Below are positions 1-6,708 of a stretch of 64,000 nucleotides of DNA, piece by piece. Numbering within the stretch: the stretch's first letter is position 1; each line of letters starts with the position of its first letter. Origin of the DNA: a virus; IMG/VR virus record IMGVR_UViG_3300027733_000042, positions 1-64,000 of that record; one strand, 5' to 3'. The notes beneath the pieces are model-generated. The model had not been told where the DNA came from, did not search any database, and saw only the letters and a list, made by a program, of their open reading frames with translations. The position numbers were made by a program, and so were the translations under genes.

Positions 1-37
1 CTACCTGATAATAATATTTTTCAAAGAACTAATATTT

Positions 38-129
38 TAAATTATTGAGGTAAAGTTGCCTAGAGTGTCGTTTTTGGTTTTTCCTATAAAAGTTAGAAGT
101 AACTCTTTAGCTTGCCACTCAATAATTTA
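38..129 (-). ncRNA. Short Y-RNA-like RNA (predicted Ro/TROVE-binding stem, no tRNA module)
   Basis: Terminal inverted repeat TAAATTATTGAG/CTCAATAATTTA. Shares GTRGCAA..AAARAGTTACTTC..TTATA..GGAA..AAAAACG..GCAAYTTT motifs with the RNA at 2338-2496. Lies downstream of the TROVE gene. Confidence 0.6.
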
Positions 130-135
130 TTTTTG

Positions 136-238
136 TTACCGAAGCAGGATTCGAACCTGCGGTCATTGGAGTATTGGTGTTAGGTCACCACTCCTCAGAC
201 TATTCCTAATTAGCATTAAGCCGCTCTGCCATTCAGCA
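136..238 (-). ncRNA. tRNA-like RNA with non-canonical anticodon arm and long extra arm
   Basis: Acceptor TGCTGAA/TTCGGTA, class-II-type D arm GCAGAGCGGCTTAATGC, perfect T arm GCAGG-TTCGAAT-CCTGC. No 7-nt anticodon loop. Extra hairpin GGAGT-GGTG..CACC..ACTCC. Confidence 0.6.
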
Positions 239-251
239 ATCTTGTGATTGA

Positions 252-1877
252 TTAGATCACAATTTTCTTCACCTTATCTAGGTGGTAATTTGGATTGAAC
301 TCGCTTTTCGCGATATCATCGAACATTGAATATCCGTAACCGTAGTAGAAGCGAACTTTATCTCCTGCGAGTTGAGTTGTTCCATATGCAGCTAAGTCTA
401 CTGAGTACACATATGGGCTACCACATGCTTTTACGTAACTCATATAAGAGCTATAACTTGATCCGCGATTACATTCGTTATCAGAAAGGATGAAAATACG
501 ATCATACTTACGTCCTGATCTTTGTGCTTCCATCCAAGCTGAAGCTAAACTTGTACCACCCATGCTTGATTTCATCGCTGATGCGATTGAGAATACGTCA
601 GAATTTGCATTCCATTTTACATATTCAGCATGTGAACCGAAACGGATTATATCTCCATTTGTTGCCTTTGCAATGGTTGCTGCGATTAACGCTGCTTTAT
701 CCATACAGGTGCTAGTATAGTTTGTCTTACGCATTGGGTCCAATACTCGAGTAGTCATAGATCCTGAGAAATCGACCATCACCAATGTTCTACCTGGAAG
801 CATCTCGGCCAAATTTGGAACAGCCGATTCATAACCTGCAAGTAATGCTTTCGCAACCTTACGGCTATCTACCGTGCTGAACTCAGCATTAGTTACTTCG
901 TGTGCTAAATCTAATTGGTATGGCATAACCTTACCTTTTCGGATCGATTCCGCATCTGAAAGTAGAGCACATAGTTTATCAACAGTTGTTGCTTTGCTTA
1001 CAGTTTTCAACACGTTTCTGATGTTTCGGATAGCTGCAAGAATTCCAAGTTTGTTCTCAGTTAAGAGGGCATCCCAGTTTTCTGCCTTTGCTTCTTTCAA
1101 CACTTCTGCGGCTTTTGCTTCATCGAGCTTTCCTTCTTTGACAGCTTTTGCAACTTCTTGACCAGCATCAGATTGAGCAACTTCCCATGTATCTGCTGAA
1201 ACGTTTTCACCTTTCATGATGGCAGAAAGAACTGCTACTTTTTCTCCGTTCACATCTGCAAGAGCTTTAGACTCCTTTGGATTTGGGTGAACTAGGTTGA
1301 TGACGTCGACTAGTGAACTTTTATATTTCAATAGTGAGTAAGAATCTAATTTTTCAAGTGCTTCTTTGAAACCTTTCTTCATTGCATTGGTCACGGCAGT
1401 CTTGTTCATTGCTGAGAAGCATGCGATAATTTCTGACATGTCGTCTGGTCTGAAAAGAGTTCCGCCTGACTGTGTTTTCTTATTCCACAATGAGTAGAAT
1501 CGTTTTGCCCAATCTTGTCCAGCACAGTGTGGTGCTAAGTAGCTTGCAGCTAAATGGTTTACTGAGCGCATTCCTTCGCCAACGCAACGTGAATACACGA
1601 TACATTGTGCAGTGAAGTACGCATCTTCTTTTGCACAGTCATCAATTAGAGTTTTAATCTCCTTCATCGTTTCAGTTTCTGAACGATAGAATTGGTTCTC
1701 TAATTTTAGAGTGTTTAACATAGTCAAGAGCTTCAACCACTTATCAAGTGAGTAAGCATCATTTCCTTGACGGTTCTTAGCGTCTGGTTTTGGCAGGTTT
1801 ACAGCCTCAACTAGCTTCACATCAGGTTGCATAGTAGCAAGTGTGTTGCGAAGATTCTTGTTTCTGAATTTTGTCAT
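252..1877 (-). CDS. rsr: Ro60/Rsr-like TROVE domain protein with C-terminal vWA domain
   Basis: N-terminal NRQGNDAYSL..LENQFY, GMRSVNHL, KYKSSLVDVINLVHP, TWE, LAAIRNIRN, KVMPYQ. vWA MIDAS DFSGSM, GGTSL, IFILSDNE, YSVDLAAYGT. Confidence 0.9.
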   Translation of the reverse strand: MTKFRNKNLRNTLATMQPDVKLVEAVNLPKPDAKNRQGNDAYSLDKWLKLLTMLNTLKLENQFYRSETETMKEIKTLIDDCAKEDAYFTAQCIVYSRCVGEGMRSVNHLAASYLAPHCAGQDWAKRFYSLWNKKTQSGGTLFRPDDMSEIIACFSAMNKTAVTNAMKKGFKEALEKLDSYSLLKYKSSLVDVINLVHPNPKESKALADVNGEKVAVLSAIMKGENVSADTWEVAQSDAGQEVAKAVKEGKLDEAKAAEVLKEAKAENWDALLTENKLGILAAIRNIRNVLKTVSKATTVDKLCALLSDAESIRKGKVMPYQLDLAHEVTNAEFSTVDSRKVAKALLAGYESAVPNLAEMLPGRTLVMVDFSGSMTTRVLDPMRKTNYTSTCMDKAALIAATIAKATNGDIIRFGSHAEYVKWNANSDVFSIASAMKSSMGGTSLASAWMEAQRSGRKYDRIFILSDNECNRGSSYSSYMSYVKACGSPYVYSVDLAAYGTTQLAGDKVRFYYGYGYSMFDDIAKSEFNPNYHLDKVKKIVI

Positions 1878-1909
1878 ACTTTTAGTACAAGGTTTTACTT
1901 TTTTTGTTT

Positions 1910-2299
1910 TTATTCTTGCTCACTCGAGTTTGCAAAGAAGTGTAATAGTGAACGGATATTTCTCTGTTCGCTAGTTAGGCGATCATAGTCGATTCTTCGT
2001 TCTTGAATCTCTTTTTGTATTGCAGCATTTTTATCTCTTAATTCAATAAGATCTAAATCGCTACTTGTAATCTCAATAAATGCTGCTTCTCTTGCATCTG
2101 CATTCGAATAGACTTTCTTTCCAGCGTCATCAACTTTTGAATTGATTTCACTTTTAAGTGTTGTCTCAGTATTTGAAATCTCGGTGGAGACTTCTTGAGA
2201 TTTTTGAGTTTTTCCAAGAATCTGTAATTGCACATCGGCAATTTCTTGCGGTAAACTCAATAACCTATTGCTTAATTCTGATAGTTTTTCGTTATTCAT
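1910..2299 (-). CDS. Coiled-coil hypothetical protein
   Basis: 129-aa ORF with heptad-like composition, directly upstream of the TROVE gene. Confidence 0.7.
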   Translation of the reverse strand: MNNEKLSELSNRLLSLPQEIADVQLQILGKTQKSQEVSTEISNTETTLKSEINSKVDDAGKKVYSNADAREAAFIEITSSDLDLIELRDKNAAIQKEIQERRIDYDRLTSEQRNIRSLLHFFANSSEQE

Positions 2300-2337
2300 A
2301 AAGTTATTATACTATGAATTTGAGCAATATTAAATTT

Positions 2338-2496
2338 TTTGTCAGAGAAAATTGCAAAAGCCGTTTTTCTTGTAAGCGAGCTACCACTGCTCTACCACGG
2401 CAAGTAATTTTTTAGTTGTGCCGTGGGATGGATTCGAACCACCGACCTCTTCCTTATAATGGATTTCGAAGTAACTTTTACGTTGCTACTGACAAA
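2338..2496 (-). ncRNA. YrlA-like Y RNA containing a circularly permuted tRNA module
   Basis: Outer stem TTTGTCAG/CTGACAAA. Inside, in order: T arm (GGTGG-TTCGAAT-CCATC), acceptor-like stem CCACGGCA/TGCCGTGG closed by a loop, then D arm (GAGC-AGTGGTA-GCTC). The anticodon position continues into the long outer stem. Adjacent to the TROVE gene. Confidence 0.85.
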
Positions 2497-2497
2497 G

Positions 2498-2571
2498 TTG
2501 CGATGGAGTGGATTCGAACCACTGATTTCAAGCTTATGAGGCTTGTGAGATGACCGCTTCTCTACCCCGCA
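2498..2571 (-). tRNA. tRNA-Met(CAT), initiator-like acceptor with an irregular 3' strand
   Basis: TGCGGGG..GAGA/TCTC D stem, CAAGC-CTCATAA-GCTTG, AGTGG-TTCGAAT-CCACT, 3' strand CCATCGCA (one extra nt). Confidence 0.8.
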
Positions 2572-2585
2572 ATATATTTTTTTCG

Positions 2586-2658
2586 TAGCGAAATCGGGAA
2601 TTGAACCCGAGACCTCAGGGTTATGAATCCTGCGCTCTACCGACTGAGCTACCTCGCC
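2586..2658 (-). tRNA. tRNA-Met(CAT), elongator type
   Basis: GGCGAGG/TTTCGCT acceptor, GCTC/GAGC D stem, CAGGA-TTCATAA-CCCTG, TCGGG-TTCAATT-CCCGA. Confidence 0.92.
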
Positions 2659-2709
2659 ATTTTTCTACCTAATCTCCAGCCTTCTGGTATAAGTACAAAA
2701 TATTCCCGG

Positions 2710-2783
2710 CGGTCCGTACGGGGCTCGAACCCGTGATCTCCTACGTGACAGGCAGGCGTCCACTCCATCTGGACTGACAGACC
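2710..2783 (-). tRNA. tRNA-Asp(GTC)
   Basis: GGTCTGT/ACGGACC acceptor, GTCC/GGAC D stem, CCTGC-CTGTCAC-GTAGG, ACGGG-TTCGAGC-CCCGT, G discriminator. Confidence 0.95.
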
Positions 2784-2791
2784 AATAAAAC

Positions 2792-2822
2792 AAAAAACCT
2801 CAACTTTATGGGTTGAGGTTTT
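2792..2822 (-). terminator. Intrinsic terminator (attenuator) immediately upstream of the tRNA/Y RNA/TROVE cluster
   Basis: AAAACCTCAAC-CCATAAA-GTTGAGGTTTTTTG hairpin with U tract on the minus strand, about 10 nt before tRNA-Asp. Confidence 0.85.
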
Positions 2823-2846
2823 CAGATTTGAAATATCTTATAAAAC

Positions 2847-2933
2847 TCAACTTCGATGCACACAATCACGATCTGTCCCTACCTCTAATGAAGGTATGAA
2901 ACTGCGTTCGATCATATTTTTGAAGATTTGCAT
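2847..2933 (-). CDS. Putative leader peptide MQIFKNMIERSFIPSLEVGTDRDCVHRS (28 aa)
   Basis: ATG about 22 nt after TATAAATA. Its TGA stop sits inside AGTTGAGTTTT, which is complementary to the terminator 5' arm. Confidence 0.6.
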   Translation of the reverse strand: MQIFKNMIERSFIPSLEVGTDRDCVHRS

Positions 2934-2955
2934 CTGCCGGTTGTTTATTTTTTAT

Positions 2956-2963
2956 TATTTATA
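2956..2963 (-). promoter_or_regulatory. T4-like late promoter TATAAATA
   Basis: Exact TATAAATA followed by ATAAAAAA, the same motif found before many structural genes in the window. Confidence 0.7.
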
Positions 2964-3012
2964 CTCAAAAACTAAAAAGATTTTAAGTTTATGTTAAACT
3001 TTTTTCTGGGTG

Positions 3013-3044
3013 TAAATATACTACTTATTTTTGAATCTAACAAT
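3013..3044 (-). promoter_or_regulatory. Bacteroidota-type/early promoter variant
   Basis: ATTG-TTAGATTCAAAAATAAGTAG-TATATTTA, a near copy of the promoter at 5682-5713. Confidence 0.55.
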
Positions 3045-3055
3045 TGAAGCAAAAA

Positions 3056-3175
3056 TTAATGTGAACCAGTAAAATATTTGTCACGTAAATATTGATTCCA
3101 GGCCTCGCGTTTATTACCATTGATAAAAAACCAGCCGATGTGTAATTCAAAAAATTTTACTATTTCATATTTCAT
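3056..3175 (-). CDS. Small hypothetical protein (39 aa, MKYEIVKFFELHIGWFF...)
   Basis: Read by eye. ATG-TAA ORF filling the intergenic gap on the coding strand. Confidence 0.5.
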   Translation of the reverse strand: MKYEIVKFFELHIGWFFINGNKREAWNQYLRDKYFTGSH

Positions 3176-3233
3176 AAAGTAATAATACTATTTAATCTAT
3201 AACAATAAAACTTTTTTGTTAAATTTTTATTAT

Positions 3234-3689
3234 TTATTGAGAGATTAGCTTTTCTTGCTGTCTTTCTTCAAAACTTAAGAGACCCTTACCGTATGTTTTG
3301 AATCGCGCGGAATATCTCTTCTTGACTCTTTCTGACACAGGTATCGGATTTCCCTCTTCATCAATTCTAACAAATTTCATGTTAGTATGTAGACCAACGT
3401 CTTGTTCTCCGGTGTAAACGTTATGCTTTCTGACCTCAATATAGAGAGTAACTGAGGTTGTTCCAAATTCTTTTACTGCAGCGTAGACTTTAATAATATT
3501 TCCGAGCTTAATTGGCATTTTAAAAATAAGTTCATCAATTTTAATAGTGACCATTCTTGGAGTATCACAGATCTGTGACGCATATGCTCCAGCACTCTGA
3601 TCGATTATTCCAAGAAGAGTTCCACCAAACATGTTTGAATGAACGCCGATGTCTGACGCTTTACAGATATATGTAGTTACTAATTCCAT
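3234..3689 (-). CDS. Acyl-CoA thioesterase (hotdog fold, YciA-like)
   Basis: SDIGVHSNMFGGTLLGIIDQSAG, RMVTIKIDELIFKMPI, FGTTSVTL, FVRIDEEGNPIPV. Confidence 0.9.
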   Translation of the reverse strand: MELVTTYICKASDIGVHSNMFGGTLLGIIDQSAGAYASQICDTPRMVTIKIDELIFKMPIKLGNIIKVYAAVKEFGTTSVTLYIEVRKHNVYTGEQDVGLHTNMKFVRIDEEGNPIPVSERVKKRYSARFKTYGKGLLSFEERQQEKLISQ

Positions 3690-3692
3690 TTA

Positions 3693-3842
3693 TTATGCAA
3701 GTAGATGATGAAGTATGACAATCTGTATTCCTAAAACGACAATACCAATTACTGTACGCACAAGCTCCATTCGATTCTTGTACATATCTAATTTTTCTTC
3801 TAGTGAAAGTTTACGACAATTATATAAATGGTTATTCTTCAT
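3693..3842 (-). CDS. Small membrane protein (49 aa)
   Basis: MKNNHLY...ELVRTVIGIVVLGIQIVILHHLLA, one C-terminal TM helix, tightly packed between neighbours. Confidence 0.6.
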   Translation of the reverse strand: MKNNHLYNCRKLSLEEKLDMYKNRMELVRTVIGIVVLGIQIVILHHLLA

Positions 3843-4062
3843 ATTAATTTGATAAAGGTGCCTTAATTTGTGGGTGAGATTGATGATTTTCTAATACAAA
3901 ATCCGTATTATTTAAGTGCGTTACTAATGAAATATCTTCTGATAAAGATTTGAAGAATGCTTCAGTTTTCATATGTTTTAGAGTTGGTAATGGATATGGT
4001 TCTCTTGTTCGTTTAGGTAATTTAGATATATATTCCATTCTTCATTAAGTTCATCTAATTTA

Positions 4063-4440
4063 TTAGCAATCAATCTTAATGAATGAGACGCCATGGATGC
4101 CTCTACCTTTAATACAAGCATATGTATTACTTGTAAAGGTAGACACAAAGATAGGCTCCAATACGTTCATAATCGCATGGTGAACTATCCTGTCTGGATA
4201 ATAAGGCAAGCTAGATATTACTCTTTCCTTACCTTCGAAAATTTTAAATGTCTTGTATTGAGAAGTGGTAAAAGTTTTAAACAAAAGAGCTTCATTCAAT
4301 TTAAGAATGTTTATGTCTTTTTCGTTATCATGTGATATAACACCACTCTTCTTTGTTTTACTTTTCCTAGCAATAACATCTGCTAATTCTAAATTGTCAA
4401 TTGAACAAACATCATTAAATAGATTCCCAACTCGCTTCAC
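4063..4440 (-). pseudogene. DGR-type reverse transcriptase, truncated to the N-terminal 125 aa
   Basis: MKRVGNLF..SIDNLELA..ARKSK, KERVISSLPYYPDRIVHHAIMNVLEPIF, TYACIKGRGIHG match DGR RT N-terminal motifs. It stops before the PIG/QG and YxDD motifs in all three frames. Confidence 0.88.
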
Positions 4441-4458
4441 AAAACTTTCTCAATCACA

Positions 4459-4902
4459 TTATAATTCTTCTGTTATATAATCTTTAAATAAATCTAGGAA
4501 ATTATTACCTAAATATTGCGCTTCTGCATCAGTACCAACATAAAGGGCCGATGGAACATACGTAATAGTATTGCCATAATGAGTACGATAATACGAAAAA
4601 CCTTTCTCTAAATCAAACCAGATTCTCCATTTCCTTTGATTTGAATCAGACCAATTAGGTATCCAATTGGTGAATGACCTCATAGCCTTAACGATTACTT
4701 TAAGCTTAATAAAAGCGATTTCTCCTTTGGTTAAGTTAATAAACTTGTTATTGAAGTTGGTTATATTTAACCCCAAGTATTCACAAGCAATTTCAAAAGA
4801 CTTGATGTCTTTATACGATTTGGGTTTGCTTGTCTGTCTAGCTATTTCAGCTAATTGGTCATCAGTTAAGGTGATTGACATACCATTGATATCGATTTTC
4901 AT
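4459..4902 (-). CDS. DGR target protein A
   Basis: Contains VR1 (4547-4602). Paralogue of 5111-5659 (KSF..AC..L, KLKVI.KA, W.P.W..SN..K...W, GFS.Y.T.Y....T.VPSAL). Confidence 0.88.
   Translation of the reverse strand: MKIDINGMSITLTDDQLAEIARQTSKPKSYKDIKSFEIACEYLGLNITNFNNKFINLTKGEIAFIKLKVIVKAMRSFTNWIPNWSDSNQRKWRIWFDLEKGFSYYRTHYGNTITYVPSALYVGTDAEAQYLGNNFLDLFKDYITEEL
4547..4602 (-). repeat. DGR variable repeat VR1
   Basis: 56 nt aligned to TR with 8 mismatches, all at TR adenines (minus strand). Confidence 0.92.
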
Positions 4903-5029
4903 TTATTTTTATTTTATTGATTTAACCTTTGCTTTAATAGTTGCGTTCTCCGAAGATACTAACACCTAACTAAATTATGTAATTTTTTACCATGCTGGTA
5001 AGGTCTGTGCCGTTATGTTTTAGCAAGTT

Positions 5030-5087
5030 GCTGATGGAACATTCGTATTAGTATTGTTATAATTAGTATTATAATACGAAAAACCGC
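5030..5087 (-). repeat. DGR template repeat TR
   Basis: Intergenic, AAT/AAC/TAT-rich: GCGGTTTTTCGTATTATAATACTAATTATAACAATACTAATACGAATGTTCCATCAGC. Matches both VRs except at A positions. Confidence 0.93.
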
Positions 5088-5110
5088 ATCGTGTTTGACA
5101 CACAACCTTT

Positions 5111-5659
5111 TTATATGTAATATGCTTTATATTCTTCCAAAGCTATCTTAGCGCAATGTACCGCTAAATCGTTAGATTTTAGGCAAAGGGCTGATGGAAC
5201 ATCCGTAGCAGCATGGCGATAATCAGTAACATAAGACGAAAAACCGCCCTTCATTCTCCACCAATTCCAATACTTGTATTCATTGGAGTTTTCCCAATCT
5301 GGATACCACCCTTCATTTAGTGCTTTTATTATTACCTTAAGCTTTTTAAATGCTACCTCATCCTTTGTATCACTTGATGTGAAGACACTCTTAGAATCGA
5401 TATTAAGGACACTGCAAGCATCCAAAAACGATTTAACCTTACTTCTGATATCCAGAGGTTGTTTGAAAAACTTTTCAAGTACTGATTTTTGGTCATTATC
5501 TGATGCTTTAAACATTTCATCCACTTCTGATTGAGTTAACTCAATTTCGGTTGAAAATGGATTCCGTTTAGCATATTCCTATATTTTAGATTTCCAACCA
5601 GAGCAAGCAACATTATAAATTTGTTTAAGATTGTCTCTGGTAATAATTTGTTTTGACAT
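5111..5659 (-). pseudogene. DGR target protein B with an in-frame TAG at codon 27
   Basis: ATG at 5659 gives MSKQIITRDNLKQIYNVACSGWKSKI*EYAKRNPFSTEIELTQSEVDEMFK..., in frame with the track ORF 5111-5524. TAG at 5579-5581. Contains VR2. Confidence 0.8.
5190..5247 (-). repeat. DGR variable repeat VR2
   Basis: 58 nt aligned to TR with 11 mismatches, all at TR adenines. Confidence 0.93.
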
Positions 5660-5681
5660 GGTATATTTATTAAAATTTATA

Positions 5682-5713
5682 CAAAGATACTAAAGATTTT
5701 TGAATCTACCAAA
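5682..5713 (-). promoter_or_regulatory. Bacteroidota housekeeping-sigma promoter driving the DGR cassette
   Basis: TTTG-N20-TATCTTTG matches the -33/-7 consensus TTTG..TAnnTTTG, 22 nt upstream of the ATG at 5659. Confidence 0.75.
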
Positions 5714-5755
5714 TATTATGATAAATAATCTGATGGTCTATCTGATGTTGTTTTT

Positions 5756-5902
5756 TCAATTGTTATCATTGATAATTTCTTTTAATCGTTTAATCTCAGC
5801 GATTACATCATCACCTAATTCAATTTTAGACATCATTGATAAGTCTACTACTTGAGATTCTAATACTTTGATTAGCTCGTCTTTTGCTTGTTCTTTACTC
5901 AT
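5756..5902 (-). CDS. Small hypothetical protein (48 aa, MSKEQAKDELIKVLE...)
   Basis: Read by eye. Helical ORF with an A-rich leader. Confidence 0.6.
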   Translation of the reverse strand: MSKEQAKDELIKVLESQVVDLSMMSKIELGDDVIAEIKRLKEIINDNN

Positions 5903-6049
5903 AACTTTCTATTTTATTTTCTTTATATGTTATTGTGATTAGTTTGGTTGGGATATTCCATTTATCATAATATTACAAATTTAAAATTAATATTTTTATT
6001 TAATACAGAATCTCGTTTCAATACTAATAAGCCATGTCCATCTAATTCG

Positions 6050-6274
6050 CTATCCATGGTCAGTTAATTTTTTATATTCCTGAACGCCGCGTTCCCATCC
6101 GACATAAGCATAGAAAAGAGTCATTAATTCAGTTTTACTTAAGATTACAACACGTTCATCTCCGGCCTTATCTTCATTAATAATATAGATATTGCTGCTT
6201 GCTTCAAATTCAACGGTCGCATCAGTTGTCGATCCGTCTTCAAAAATAATTTTTCCAATTTTAAATCTCGGCAT
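6050..6274 (-). CDS. Hypothetical protein
   Basis: ORF in a tightly packed minus-strand run. Confidence 0.7.
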   Translation of the reverse strand: MPRFKIGKIIFEDGSTTDATVEFEASSNIYIINEDKAGDERVVILSKTELMTLFYAYVGWERGVQEYKKLTDHG

Positions 6275-6276
6275 GG

Positions 6277-6708
6277 TTATCTAGGTCTAGTTAGTAATAT
6301 TTCGATTTTTGGTCGAATTGTACGTTCTATCTTAAACGCTGGGGCAGAGTATGCTCCAATAATTTTCTGTACTGTGTCTGGCCCAGGAATACCATTCATT
6401 TGACGATTGTTAAAACCTTCGTCAAACATTGTGGCACCTCGATCCTCAATCTGAGTTAGCGGTTTTGAAAAATCAAAAATTATTTTATCGGCACCTGCAC
6501 CATTTGTGGTAGTTGGGTTAAACGTTTTGAAATCCCAGCCTTTTTCTACAATAAACATATATACCTCATGACCCAATCTTCCAGTAAAAGTTATTCTATT
6601 TGGCCATTTACCGGCTTCTTCTCGTAACTCAGAAAGATATTCTGACATGACTTGAAATACGTCCTGCGTGAATTGCGCATCTTTTATTATAGGAACATTA
6701 AACCGCAT
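6277..6708 (-). CDS. Hypothetical protein
   Basis: 143-aa ORF overlapping the upstream gene by 11 nt. Confidence 0.75.
   Translation of the reverse strand: MRFNVPIIKDAQFTQDVFQVMSEYLSELREEAGKWPNRITFTGRLGHEVYMFIVEKGWDFKTFNPTTTNGAGADKIIFDFSKPLTQIEDRGATMFDEGFNNRQMNGIPGPDTVQKIIGAYSAPAFKIERTIRPKIEILLTRPR

Noticed and set aside
136-238. tRNA-Sec or suppressor tRNA
   Set aside because: No TCA or CTA anticodon in a 7-nt loop.
56-247. 63-aa plus-strand ORF
   Set aside because: Antisense to two structured RNAs, with no credible start context.
3844-4038. 64-aa ORF as a continuation of the RT
   Set aside because: No RT motifs. At most a small unrelated ORF, probably starting at MKTEAFF.
4063-4440. RT as a group II intron, retron, or frameshift-rescued full enzyme
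   Set aside because: The motifs and the adjacent TR/VR pairs indicate a DGR. None of the three frames downstream contains RT motifs.
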